Assembly (NCBI RefSeq): GCF_006345805.1
Contig: NC_043019.1
Span: 20,583,360 to 20,647,359, forward strand
Reading direction: 5' to 3'
From: Octopus sinensis
Lineage: Eukaryota
DNA: 64,000 nt
This document shows positions 14,601 to 25,178 of the stretch, in pieces. The translations under genes and the position numbers were made by a program. Below the pieces are notes generated by a model, which did not search any database, was not told the DNA's origin, and saw nothing but the letters and a program-made list of their open reading frames with translations. Each line of letters starts with the position of its first letter. Positions within the stretch are counted from its first letter, which is position 1.

Positions 14601-15755
14601 CACACACGGGCATGTATCTGACTCATACATTGTTCGCTTTCCAGACATTTCTACATTACTGCATGTACTTTATACGCACTTTCTGACAAGTTGTGGTGCA
14701 CCTGAGCACTGTATACAATAATTTCATTGTTATGTAAATTAATAATTACCTGGACGAAAAGAAAAAAGAAAGACAACCAAAAAGGACTGCTTTTGACAGC
14801 AGCCTTTACCAATCCTAATTTAACAAGCTTTTAATTAAAAGCATCACATCACAACTGTGGCTATCCCATGTTTTTTCCAGACATAATGTATCTTGGACTA
14901 CAAGATCCAATGTAACATTCCATTCTTTTTTAAAATTAAGTTAGGGTGTCGTTTGCTCTAAATTAACACCGAAGTCCCTTTTATGTTAGTCCTCACAACC
15001 TTACATTCTCTTTTCAAATACATATAAGCTTAGGTAGACAGTGTACTCAGATAGGCACTATACTTGGATAGATAGTATACTCTTTACTCTTTACTCTTTT
15101 ACTTGTTTCAGTCATTTGACTGCGGCCATGCTGGAGCACCACCTTTTAGTACTTATTCTATCGGTCTCTTTTTGCCGAACCGCTAAGTGACGGGGACATA
15201 AACACACCAGCATCGGTTGTCAAGCAATGCTAGGGGAACAAACACAGACGCGCAAACACACACACACATATATATATACGACAGGCTTCTTTCAGTTTCC
15301 GTCTACCAAATCCACTCACAAGGCATTGGTCGGCCCGGGGCTATAGCAGAAGACACTTGCCCAAGATGCCACGCAGTGGGACTGAACCCGCAACCATGTG
15401 GTTGGTTAGCAAGCTACTTGCCACACAGCCACTCCTGCGCCTATGCTCAGGTATATGGTATACTTGGATAGATGGTATGCTCTGGTAGATGGTACTCAGG
15501 TGGGTGATGCGCCCAGCTAAGGTGACATGTTAGGGCAGGTGAGATGTTTGTGTAAACTGGTATGATTCATTCATTCCAATTTATCTAAATGTGTTACCTG
15601 CCCAAACTATAGAAATACGAAAAGCTTAGCATGTAAATTATACTTACTGGTCTGGTGAAGTCCTTGTACTTGGGTATTAGGTAGGTACCCAACAGAGTGG
15701 CTCCTCCAACTGCCAGTCCAACCTTGACTGCCCTTTTTGACATCTGAAACCTCAT
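892..15755 (-). CDS. GPD2: Mitochondrial glycerol-3-phosphate dehydrogenase, 5' part (7 coding exons; gene continues past window start)
   Basis: Manual splicing of complement(15648..15755, 12244..12406, 9645..9769, 7728..7825, 4184..4347, 2139..2300, 892..1036) gives a 965-nt open frame with GT-AG introns of phases 0,1,0,2,1,1,2. The product has the FAD-binding [46 protein letters not shown] and [10 protein letters not shown] motifs diagnostic of GlpD/GPD2. Confidence 0.97.
1219..1435. mobile_element. piggyBac-type MITE family A (other copies 23246-23473, 43468-43695)
   Basis: TTAA-CCCTTTAG...CTAAAGGG-TTAA termini; internal sequence shared among the three copies. Confidence 0.8.
2139..2300 (-). 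CDS. GPD2: GPD2 coding exon 6 (162 nt; [15 protein letters not shown]...VKDCLTG)
   Basis: Acceptor ttgattccag|GT, donor ACAG|gttatt; within ORF 2047..2442. Confidence 0.96.
2363..2765 (+). mobile_element. 5'-truncated RTE-type LINE 3' end with degenerate C2H2 zinc-finger repeats
   Basis: [22 protein letters not shown], then [17 protein letters not shown] and [17 protein letters not shown], ending in a gccatactcg...gccatcatcat tail. Confidence 0.6.
3757..4136 (+). mobile_element. RTE-like LINE ORF2 C-terminal fragment
   Basis: [12 protein letters not shown]...[11 protein letters not shown]...ASNRQAW, the typical post-RT C-terminus of RTE/L2-like LINEs. Confidence 0.75.
4184..4347 (-). CDS. 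GPD2: GPD2 coding exon 5 (164 nt; [19 protein letters not shown]...[10 protein letters not shown])
   Basis: Acceptor catttag|ATG, donor GATG|gtaagc; overlaps ORF 4140..4337. Confidence 0.97.
4428..4657. mobile_element. piggyBac-type MITE family B
   Basis: TTAA-CCCTTTCGTTAC...GTAACGAAAGGG-TTAA; near-identical to the copies at 21.7-22.8 kb. Confidence 0.85.
5051..5439 (-). mobile_element. tRNA-derived SINE family S1 (head GGCGCAGGAGTGGCTGTGTGGTAAG...GGTTCAGTCCC); other copies include 15079-15441(-), 59162-59570(+), partial 7985-8340(+), 47300-47930
   Basis: A/B-box-like head, shared body with internal (CA)n, and tail aaacaagtaaaagagtaaagag, seen in multiple copies. Confidence 0.8.
7728..7825 (-). 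CDS. GPD2: GPD2 coding exon 4 (98 nt; [33 protein letters not shown])
   Basis: Acceptor ttttattttcag|TAT, donor TAG|gtaagt; in frame with both neighbours. Confidence 0.96.
8596..8655 (+). ncRNA. Hammerhead-like motif in a (TA)n-flanked short element
   Basis: CTGAAGA, stem II GATG-GTGG/CCAC...CATC (one extra C), GAAA, near-palindromic ACTC-A-GAGT, GUU; stem I only about 2 bp. Confidence 0.45.
8796..9185 (+). mobile_element. mariner-derived non-autonomous fragment (5' TIR plus transposase N-terminus)
   Basis: Begins TA-TGTCGTCTGATCAATAAG; encodes [18 protein letters not shown], matching the mariner N-terminal QRxCIKF motif. Confidence 0.6.
9645..9769 (-). CDS. GPD2: GPD2 coding exon 3 (125 nt; [41 protein letters not shown])
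   Basis: Acceptor tactttcag|GT, donor CAG|gtaaat. Below the ORF-track cutoff; found by reading the minus strand. Confidence 0.97.
10730..11100 (-). promoter_or_regulatory. CpG-rich intronic patch; candidate internal promoter
   Basis: Non-repetitive CpG-rich stretch (e.g. ggtcacgaccggcaccgcgaac) with GA/CT tracts, inside the intron between GPD2 coding exons 2 and 3. Confidence 0.3.
11698..12010 (+). mobile_element. tRNA-derived SINE family S3, tail type 1, with a 23-bp TSD
   Basis: Head GGCGCAATGGCCCAGTGGTTAGGGC...GGTTTCGATTCCC. Flanking repeats atacatacctacacata(c/a)acatg at 11675-11697 and 12011-12033. Confidence 0.8.
12244..12406 (-). CDS. GPD2: GPD2 coding exon 2 (163 nt; AVSTLS...[22 protein letters not shown])
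   Basis: Acceptor tttatttccag|GCT, donor CGAG|gtgagt; contains the GxGxxG Rossmann motif. Confidence 0.96.
14414..14732 (+). mobile_element. CR1/L2-group LINE 3' end (related copy about 40450-40600 on minus)
   Basis: [24 protein letters not shown]-type C-terminal motif. Confidence 0.75.
15648..15755 (-). CDS. GPD2: GPD2 first coding exon (exon starts at 15782 with 27 nt of 5'UTR): [36 protein letters not shown]
   Basis: Acceptor tttgtctttgaag|G at 15782, ATG in AACATGA context, donor CCA|gtaagt, phase 0 matching the next exon. The basic then hydrophobic N-terminus resembles the vertebrate GPD2 MAFQKAVKG..VGGG targeting/anchor segment. Confidence 0.88.
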
Positions 15756-17074
15756 GTTGGCAGTTGGTCAAGCACTAAATACCTTCAAAGACAAAACAGA
15801 TAAAAATAACATAAAACAACTGAACAAACTCTGAAGAAATTTTTTAATATGGAACATTAAGTATTGGCCAAGCCAAACATGACACTTACATTGGGTTGGT
15901 GGGAGGGTCTACACATAAGGCACAGATAAAATCTAATGTAAATTTCAAAGGGAACTTTTGTTGCTATTTCTAATAGCTCAAACAACAACATAGGGAGACT
16001 CTTGTTGTTGATGATGATGAAGGTAATTATGACATGTGAAAATATGTCACAAGATTAACAAGATCAGCAAACATAAAAAATATGCACTAAACGGCTATAA
16101 AATAAAACAAAAAAATTATGAAACGACGTGACAAATGTGTGAAGGAATGGAATCAAGAGAGTTTTTTGGGGGGGAATAAAGAGGATATTTATGGCACAGT
16201 AAATGTTCTGTAAGGTACTCATATAAGTGTGTCGGTATTTCTCTGTGACACACACACATATAAATTACTCTGCTGTGTGTGTGCATGTATGTACACTCAC
16301 ACACACATACACATTGAGCAGGACTTGGTACTTGAGAAAAGTTGAATGTCAAGTATGCATGTGTACACATGTGCTCACACACCCACACTCTACTTAATCA
16401 AGTGTGATTTCAACAAGATATAAGCTTATCTGAAGCTACTGTAAATTAGAATTCTTATATGGTCCAATCCATGCCTAAACAGAACACATATATTAAATGA
16501 TAATGATGATGATGATGATGTCAGTTAGCCCAGTGTTTCCCATAAGGACATAAGTGGGGAAAACCTTGTCACTCTTCACCAGGAGTTTAAAATTTTTTTG
16601 TGAATCAAGGAGGAAAGCAGTGCTCCTTGTGATCAGACAAGTTTGCTATTGTTTCTAGCATACCAAAAGCTCCCCCATTCTGTCATAGCACTTAATTCAC
16701 TAACAGCTTGGCTGTATCCATTCAAGTCTACTGCTGTCATTTAGCTCAAGGTCAAAGCTACATTATCAAAGATATTCCAGACATGACCATCCTATCTTTT
16801 GTGAATAGTATCTTCTGAACAATATTATCCGATTTGATGCTTTCATCAAATTGGATAATATAGTTTAGAAGTTACTAGTGTGTGATCTGAGGGAGATTTG
16901 GATGTTATTTCTAGCAGGTTCTGCAAACACATTGATTCAATATAGGTTAATGTAGTAACAGCTGATCGTATTCGGAGATGAACCACAAAAACATCCCCAA
17001 AACATCCAATGTATTGAGAGAGAACTGAAATAAAGTTTACTCACTGTTTGGTTGTGAGGTGTGTGGAGGATATA

Positions 17075-17447
17075 GATGTGGAAGCACTCCGTCGGTTACG
17101 ACGACGAGGGTTCCGGTTGATCCGAATCAACGGAACAGCCTGCTCGTGAAATTAACGTGTTAGTGGCTGAGCACTCCACAGACACGTGTACCCTTAACGT
17201 AGTTCTCAGGGATATTCAGCGTGACACAGAGAGTGACAAGGCCGGCCCTTTGAAATACAGGTACAACAGAAACAGGAAGAAAGAGTGAGAGAAAGTTGTG
17301 GTGAAAGAGTACAGTAGGGATCACCACCATCCCCTGCCGGAGCGTCGTGGAGCTTTTTAGGTGTTTTCGCTCAATAAACACTCACAACGCCTGGTCTGGG
17401 AATCGAAACCGCGATCCTATGACCGCGAGTCCGCTGCCCTAACCACT
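17075..17447 (-). mobile_element. SINE family S3, tail type 2
   Basis: Same head and core as 11698-12010, but an unrelated 3' region ending ...cgtcgtcgtaaccgacggagtgcttccac. Confidence 0.75.
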
Positions 17448-18038
17448 TGAACAATCACACATACATTCATTAAGTTCAATCTTCCATGCAAGGTTGGATT
17501 TGATAAACAAACACATGTATGTATATATATCATCATCATCATTTAATGTCTGGTGTCCATGCTGGCATGGGTTGGATGGTTTGACCAGGAATAGCAAGCT
17601 GAGGGACTGCACCAGACTCTAGTCTAATTTGGCATGATTTCTATGGCTGGATACCCTTCCTAATGCCAACCACTCCAAAAGTGTAATGGGTACTTTTACC
17701 AAACACATGACACACAAAAAGCAATGCTCCCTCACTCTCCACAGGTTCCCTTCTTCTAAGACCCCTCCTAATTTTCTCATACTTTACTCTTTCCCTCTCA
17801 AATCTCAAACAACCACTATATACCGTCATTCTCCATCCATCCCAATCTTGTACCTCCGTCGCCCAGTCACCAGCTGCAATTCTTGTCTGTATTAGAGATT
17901 TTTTAAAGCAATCCTTAAACCTTGGAATGTGCCAACAGGTCACAGTCATCTGCATACAGGAACTAAATGAGGTGAAAATGCAGAACTTTCGTTTTGGCAT
18001 AGTCTTTTGAAACTGAACAGTTTTTCCGTTGTCCTATA

Positions 18039-18387
18039 TCTATATAAAAGTAAGGTTGTGTGTCTGTCTCCTACGATTTAGATTCCCAACTACTCCCACA
18101 TTTTGCGGTGCAGTGAAACCAAAAGTGGGTATCTTATAGTCGTGATTCATATCGAGCCCTTCTGGGTATTAGCGCGTGTCTGCGATGAGTCTACGATAAA
18201 AAAAAAAAATTACCATCATTTTTTCCCATTTTTAATGTATTATTAAATCTCAGAACGTAAAAAGCTACAGTAACACTCCCCTTTTTGGTTAGCCATATTG
18301 AGATGGCTATTATACTTTACATCTCTAAAAATGCTTATATAGTTATTTCCCTTACAAACCCGAGCAACGCTGGGCAATACTGCTAGT
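18039..18387 (+). mobile_element. Non-autonomous Helitron-like element
   Basis: 5' TC-TATATAAAA; 3' GC-rich hairpin CCCGAGCAACGCTGGG followed by CTAG|T; no TSD. Confidence 0.6.
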
Positions 18388-19227
18388 TTTATATAGACCC
18401 TTTCAGTGCATCTTCAAAAGGTATTTGAAAGACTATTGTAAAATACATAGCATGTCGAGTAGAGAGTGGTAGTTGATAGCATCAGCCCAAGTACTTCACT
18501 GGTTCTTTTACTTTATTTACCCCAAGGGGATGAAAAGTGAAGTTGACCTCAGCAGGATTTGAACTTAGAATGAAAAGAGCCAGACCAAATACTATAAGGC
18601 ATATTGTCCAATTTTCAAACAATCAACTAATTGTTCAGTCTGTTAATAACAGTAATCCATTTTAGTATAGGCATCACCATCATTTAGCACTGGTTTTCGA
18701 TGTTTTTTCTATGCTTGTATGGGCTGAACATTTTGGTTGGAGCTGGTAAGGCCAGGGGCCACACCAGGCTCCATTGTCTGTTCTAATGCCAACCACTCCA
18801 CAGAGTGTACTGGGTGCTTTTCATGTGGTACCAACACTGATATAAATTCTACTGTGGTGGACAGGTTTTCTTAAGTACAGCAATGCACCAAATATCTCAG
18901 TCCTTTGTCATCTCCTTCATGAAGCTCAGTGTCTTGAGATTGGCCTTTGATACTTCATCCCATATCTTCCTGGGTTTCCCTCTTCTACAAGTTCCATCCA
19001 CTTTAAGTGATCAGCACTTCTGTATGTAACTGTCAACATCCATACCCATCTCATGACCAAACTAGTAAGTCTCTTGCACACTGCATCTAATTCCTCTTAC
19101 GCCCAACTTTACTCTCAAAAGGCAAAGCCAACTTCGGCAGCATTTGAACTCAGAACAAATCCAAAAATGCTGCTAAGCATATTACTCTGTGTGCTAACAA
19201 TTCTGCCAGCTCACTGCCTTAAAAAAC

Positions 19228-19627
19228 AATGGCTTCAAATTTTGGCACAAGGCCAGCAATTTCAGGAAAGGGGATAAGCTGATTACATCAACCCCATTGA
19301 TCAACGGGTACTTAATTTTATCTACGATGAAGAGAGGAAAGGCAAAGTCAACCTTGGCAGAATTGAACTCAAAATGTTAAGATGGACAAAATGCTACTAA
19401 TCATTTTGACCAGTGTGTAAATGGTTCAATGGTTTCAAATTTTGGCACAAGGCCAGCAATTTTAGGAAAGGGGATCAGTTGATTACATCAACCCCATTGC
19501 TTAACTGGTACTTAATTTTATCTACGATGAAGGGAGGAAAGGCAAAGTCAACCGTGGCAGAATTTGAACTCAAAATGTTAAGATGGACAAAATGCTACTA
19601 ATCATTTTGACCAGTGTGTAAATGGTT
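19228..19627 (+). repeat. Tandem duplication of an approximately 200-bp SINE fragment
   Basis: aatgg(c/t)ttcaaattttggcacaagg...tgtgtaaatggttc occurs twice head-to-tail, starting at 19228 and 19428. Confidence 0.85.
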
Positions 19628-20083
19628 CTTCCACCTTAAAAATAATAATGATAATAATAACTAGTTTCAATTGTTACATATTCTCTCCTCCCACTATAAA
19701 CCATGTGAACAGCTGCCTCGACCCCAATTTTTCTCTATTCTCTTAACAGCAAATGTAATTACAAAAGAGGTTTGTCTAATGCATTCTTTGTTACTATAAG
19801 AACTGCTAACTAATTTGTAGCTAATTACTAACAGCCAGACAATTAATCTTTTGGAAAGATTTTTGCAAATCCTATTTATATTCTAACCTTCAAAGCAATG
19901 TGACATTGACGAGCTATCAGAGACAGTTGTAAAGTGATACAGCTGACCAATACTAACAGGAAGAGTTAATATTAATAATAAAGCCAATGATTCACATCTC
20001 ACCGCTATCGCCACTCCCAACACTATAACACCGCTTCCTTTAATAACAACACTTGACTTTCCTCAATGACTTAGTGAGGAAAA

Positions 20084-20132
<49 letters not shown>

Positions 20133-20660
20133 ACAGGCACAGGAGTGTGTAGTTAAGTTTGCTTTACAACTAAATCCTTTCAGGTAGGTGTGGCACCTTG
20201 AGCAAGTGCCTTCTACTATAACTTCAGGTTGACCAATATCTTGTAACTAAAAACTAGGCAAAAGCACTTCTAAGTGTATGTGTGTGTGTGTGTGTATATA
20301 TATATTCTTTTATTTGTTTCAGTCATTTAGTCGAACAAATTGACCCCAGGACTTATTCTTTGTAAGCGTAGTACTTATTCTATCGGCCTCTTTTGCCAAA
20401 CTGCTAAGTTATAGGGACGTAAACACACCAGCATCGGCACACACACTCACACACACATATATATATATATATATAAATATGGTAAAGAAAATAAGTTGGC
20501 TAGCAGCAAGCTGTTTCGCCTCATACCGAAGGAATTAGAAATGGCAGTCAAAGACCGTTTTTTCCATTTCTATAAGTGGAGATTCCAAAAACGAAGGCCC
20601 TTGCGGCTCACATACACAAAATCGGAGTGGCAAATACACGAAGGCAGTCACTTACCGTTA

Positions 20661-20733
20661 ATAGCGAACACCGTGTTTCTGGATCACAAACATATAAAAA
20701 AAAGGGGAGTTTGAATTCCGTCATCAGCACTAT
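20661..20733 (-). ncRNA. Type I hammerhead ribozyme motif (HHR-a)
   Basis: Minus strand: stem I ATAGTG/CGCTAT, core CTGATGA, extended stem II CGGAATTCAAAC/GTTTGTGATCCA (closing pair C-A mismatched), GAAA, near-palindromic stem III ACAC-G-GTGT, cleavage triplet GUU. Folded by eye. Confidence 0.7.
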
Positions 20734-20935
20734 ATTCGATAGCTTTATCAAATGCCACCAGCCCTCACTTCTGACCCAGCGACATCAGATAGTGGGGGGA
20801 AGTGCGCAGATGTTAAAACCAAGTAACGACTGGGAACGTAAATTTTCCCTCCAAAATTCTATACTATACATATAAATATGTATAGTATAAGTAAAAAAAT
20901 GGAGTTGAATGCAAATGTTATTCAAATTCTTTTAG

Positions 20936-21019
20936 TTTCGACATATGTTTCGAAAACAACATCGATTTTATTCCAATGGAATAAATGGTGTAAAATAATG
21001 TAATCTTCTCATCAGGAAA
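20936..21019 (-). ncRNA. Type I hammerhead ribozyme motif (HHR-b), core intact
   Basis: Minus strand: stem I TTTC/GAAA (extendable with mismatches), CTGATGA, stem II GAAGA/TTTTC enclosing a TTATTCCA-T-TGGAATAA hairpin, GAAA, palindromic stem III ACATATGT, cleavage triplet GUC. Folded by eye. Confidence 0.75.
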
Positions 21020-21189
21020 GAAAGAGAACCCATCTCAACAACAAGAAATTATAACAATTTTGATGACTGCATAAATGATAAACAGAATGCTATTAGGTAT
21101 TTTTAAAATAACCATTAGTAGATCTGACGTCAAAGGCAGACCATAGGAAGAGAAAGGGTAAAGAAATAATAAGTAGAAAACAAATAAAG

Positions 21190-21472
21190 GAGAAATATAG
21201 AGGGATATGTTGGTTGAAAAAATGTTCAAAGGCTTGGAAGTAGATTTCTCTATTGAAGTAAAGTGCAAGGTGAACTAAATTGGTTTGGTATCTGAAAAGA
21301 CAACAATAAGGATTTTAATTTAGATTGGTTCTTCCTGTCCATCTCTTTCCCTTATGACAAGAGCAAAGGATTTTGTAATATTTGCAACTTTGAACTCTTC
21401 CATATTCTCTTCTCTAAGAATCACCTTGTTAACAAACTTATAGAACGATCTTACAAATGTAAGTACTGGTAG
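21190..21472 (+). mobile_element. Decayed Penelope-like element, GIY-YIG endonuclease C-terminus
   Basis: With one frameshift: KLVWYLKDNNKDFNLDWFFLSISFPYDKSKGFCNICNFELFHILFSKNHLVNKLIERSYKC. This matches the PLE pattern W.LK...W.....PY.....CNLC..E...IL.S...LLNK..E...KC as recalled; no database search was run. Confidence 0.6.
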
Positions 21473-21706
21473 AAACATACCTTTAGCTCATATAAGTGAT
21501 TTATACCAATCTGCACGGTTTGAACATTTAGTTCACCTTGCACTTTACCTTGATTTCAATGCGTACACATTCATTGAAAGCATGCGAAATAACCTGGAAA
21601 AGAAAAGAACCCACGAAACAAAATTCCATTGCTGGGAAACAGGTCACAGGTAGTCTAGTATATATTATACTAAAACTCAAAGTTTGTCTGTTTTCCTGCC
21701 CTTGGA

Positions 21707-22798
21707 TTAACCCTCTGGTTCCTGTATTTCTATTGAGATGCTCTGTGTTTCTTTCAATTATTTTAAATATAACAAAGAATTTAGTAAAATAACATCATTA
21801 TCATTGAGCTAGTGTTAGGAACATAAATTGTGACTAAGGTTTGGTGGAAGATTTGAATTCAAAACTTATGAAAACAAGACATTTATACTAAAGAGCCAGA
21901 GCTGGTTTCAGCCAGGTTGATAACGAAAGGGTAAAGATGATAAAGATTACAAATAAAATAGTGATTTCCTCCTTTAAGAAAAAAAAAATCAGTTGAAAAT
22001 GTTGACACTGCTGAGTTGTTGCAACTATCACTGTCCATCCTTCTTCACTTACTTCCTTTTTTTCTTCCCTTAACCATTTATACAACTTTTGGAGTGCCGT
22101 GAACTGAAAGATAGAAATTCTCCCTATATTTTTATGTGATATTTTTTGAATCACAGGTACTTGACATTTTTTTCTTCTTAACCCTTTCATTACCAACTCG
22201 GCTGAAACCGGCTCTGGCTCTGAGAACAAATGTCTAATTTTCATAAGTTTTGAATTAAAATCTTCCACCAAACCTTAGTCACAATTTATGTTCCTAACAC
22301 TAACTGAATGGTAACTAAGTTACCAAATTCTTTGTTAGATTTTAAATTAATTGAAAGAAACACGAAGCATCTCAAAATAAATACAGTAACGAAAGGGTTA
22401 AAGGGGAAAATTACTATTTCATTTAAAATAAATTAATCGTTATCATTTTGATAAAAAGGCAGAAAAACAGATGGGCTATCTTTTTATGTTGCAATGGGAG
22501 GAGTTGAATCTCATAAGAATGGAAAAACAATCAACAACAAATGGATTGCACCTTATAATGACACTCCGTTAACCCTTTCGTTACCAACCCGGCTGAAACC
22601 GGCTCTGGCTCTGTAGTACAAATGTCTTGTTTTCTTAAGTTCTGAATTAAAATCTTCCACCAAACCTTAGTCACAATTTCTGTTCCTAACACTAGCTTAA
22701 TGATAACTAAGATATTTTACTTAAATTCTTTGTTATATTTAAAGTAATTGAAAGAAATACAGAGCATCTCAAAATAAATACAGTAAGGAAAGGGTTAA
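21707..22798. mobile_element. Cluster of three piggyBac-type family B MITEs (21707-21935 reverse, 22178-22401, 22569-22798)
   Basis: Same TIRs, TTAA sites and internal sequence as 4428-4657. Confidence 0.85.
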
Positions 22799-23576
22799 GA
22801 ACATTTCAACATAATGACACTCTTTTTTGCAATATTTGTATAAGTGATTTACTATTAAAAGTCAACCTCTTTCATCAGTAGCTGACTATGAGCTCTGTTC
22901 TTGTTGCCTTCCTATTTGACAGCTTCACTACAGCATTGGTGAAAGTATCAACATTGATCGACATACAAGTTTTACTGCTTTGTTGGTGCAGTAACCTTAA
23001 GCTACTGCATCTCGCGATGTTGCATTTGGAATAAAATCTTGACCTTTCTTCCAGTTCTTCAGCCAGAACGATTTTTAGATCTTCCTGGTGAAGGGTTCCT
23101 TTTTGCAACAATATTTTCTTCGTTATTCCCTGTCTACAGCTTGAAGACTAAAAGCAAAATTGTGGTTTATACTTGTTTGTTGTCATAATTTTTTAGCAGT
23201 ACCAGAGTTTTCCACACTGATTATTGAATTCAGATTCCAAGATCATTAACCCTTTAGTGTTTAAACCGGCCCTATCTGGCCAAAATATTCTACCTATTTT
23301 ATGTTCAAACTGGCCAGATATGGTCATTCATAGCTATCTTATTGTGTCTTTTTAAAAATAAACAATCACATCATTGAAATCTCAAAGCCATGAAATGATG
23401 CAAGATTAATTTTACATGGTGTGAATACATAAGCTTTACATTTTACAGAATAATTTGAATGCTAAAGGGTTAATGTGTGTATATATGTGTGTGCATATGT
23501 ATGTATATATATCCGATTTTTATTTTCTGTAAATTACTTTTGAATGCACATTCTGATGAAATTTTAACCTGTACTC

Positions 23577-23790
23577 ATGCGAGTTAACTTCTCGCATGGA
23601 GAAGAAATGACAGAAATCGTTAAGGTGGAGTACTTGAGCAGACTGAGACTGATCCTAAAGTCGAAATTAATCGGACAGAATAAGATCAAAGCTATCAACA
23701 CCTGGGTGGCTCCACTCCTTAGATACGGAGCAGGGGAACTCGCATGGACAGTAGACAAACTAAACAGCTTAGACAGAAAGACTATCATCA
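23577..23790 (+). mobile_element. R4/Dong-type (RLE) LINE fragment, post-RT region
   Basis: EYLSRLRLILKSKLIGQNKIKAINTWVAPLLRYGAG...W...LDRKT motif. Confidence 0.7.
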
Positions 23791-23889
23791 TCATCATCAT
23801 CGTTTAACGTCCGTTCTCCATGCTAGCATGGGTTGGACGGTTTGACTGGGTATCTGGGAAGCCAGAAGGCTGCACCAGGCTAGAATAGA

Positions 23890-24230
23890 ATCTGTCCATT
23901 TCCATTAGTTTCCTCTAGAAGTGTTGTTGGTGTTACGAACTTAATGGCTATCTTTACACCTTATAATCCCATTTAACTACCCTATTCTACTGCGTAAATT
24001 TGTCATTTTCTTCCAGATTCTGTATCCACCTGGGATGCTTGCGATGGGTTATTTCTGTACCACGTGCTTAGTAAATATCTCCCAGGTGTTTCTTCAGGGT
24101 AAAAGCAGCAGTATACAGGTAGACATCGATATTCCAATATCAGTTTTCACATTTTTTTAACACAATCTCTAGCAATAGCTTCAATAAGTTTTACCATGAA
24201 TAGGGTTCGTCTTCTTCCCATTCTCATAAA
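23890..24230 (-). mobile_element. Probable R4/Dong-type LINE fragment, pre-RT region, degraded
   Basis: Frameshifted YLYTAAFTLKKHLG...HPRWIQNLEE..NLRSRIG resembles the PxWxxRLExxIxxLRxxIG segment of this clade. Confidence 0.4.
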
Positions 24231-24808
24231 AAAATGTCAGGTACTTAAAGATAACTTACAGAAGCGGGTGAAATTGTTTTAAAACTGTGGTTGTAAAATG
24301 TTTTTCCAGGTGTGTATTGTCCACAGTTGCATAAATACGTGTGTGTTTGTGTGTAAATAAAATAGGCTTTGTAGTTTCTGTCTACCAAATCTACAAAGCA
24401 TAAATCTGTATGTTCTTTTGCTGTCTTTATTGTGCTGTGAATGTTACAGGGGTGTTGTTGTAACTCCTAGTTTTTCATCCTCATATATACCTCTGTACCT
24501 CTGTGTATGAGTGATGTGCAAGTATGAGCATGTGAGTGGGATGAGAAAAAGAAAGAGAGAGAGGGAGACTGTGTGTGTGTGTGTGTGTGATGTTTACACT
24601 GTTGAAATGTTCATGGTATTTCATGTTCTCCAGTGTTGCTAGGGAGAAGGAAGATTCGGTAAAGGTGCTACTTCAGAAGTTGTTTGTTTTTGGAATCAGG
24701 TTTCTAGGTGTTTGGTGTGTCGCAGTTAGAGTAGTTGTACTTTTGTATCTAGGGAACGGTGGGAAGGCTGCAAGGATGATGTCATCTGTACATGAGACTG
24801 TTTATATA

Positions 24809-25178
24809 TCTCTCTCTATATAAACGGCAGTTTGTCTGTGCGTGTTTCTGTGTGTCTGTTTGCTTGTACCCTCACCCTGACCACGGCTTTTAACCGATTC
24901 TGATGAAACTTGACACACACATAGCCCAATGTCATAATTCAAAACTAACGCAGCGAAAATTTTGAAAAGTTCCCCCAGTTCTGAAAAAAATCGATAAATT
25001 CGACATGGGGTCGAGAATCAGAAACACGAACCACAAACTGTCTAGGGGACGCAACTCCACCTTTTTTAAATCTCAAAAAAAATTTACCATAATTTTTTTC
25101 CATTTTTTTGCTATTTTTTGGCTATAACTCTCTAAAAATGCTTTACAAACCTGAGCAACGCCGGGCGATACTGCTAGT
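24809..25178 (+). mobile_element. Non-autonomous Helitron-like element (shares its 3' end with 18039-18387)
   Basis: 5' TC..TATATAAA; 3' CCTGAGCAACGCCGGGCGATACTGCTAG|T. Confidence 0.6.

Noticed and set aside
20500-20615. Possible third hammerhead (…TGAGCC…GGCGAAACAGC) downstream of HHR-a
   Set aside because: No CUGANGA core, and stems I and III are unsupported.
21035-21480. Hydrophobic ORF suggesting a NUMT or ATP synthase subunit
   Set aside because: TAA/TAG stops persist under the mitochondrial code, and the opposite strand better matches a PLE GIY-YIG domain.
22875-23111. 78-aa ORF
   Set aside because: No recognisable domain, and no consistent frame with neighbouring segments across the MITE insertions.
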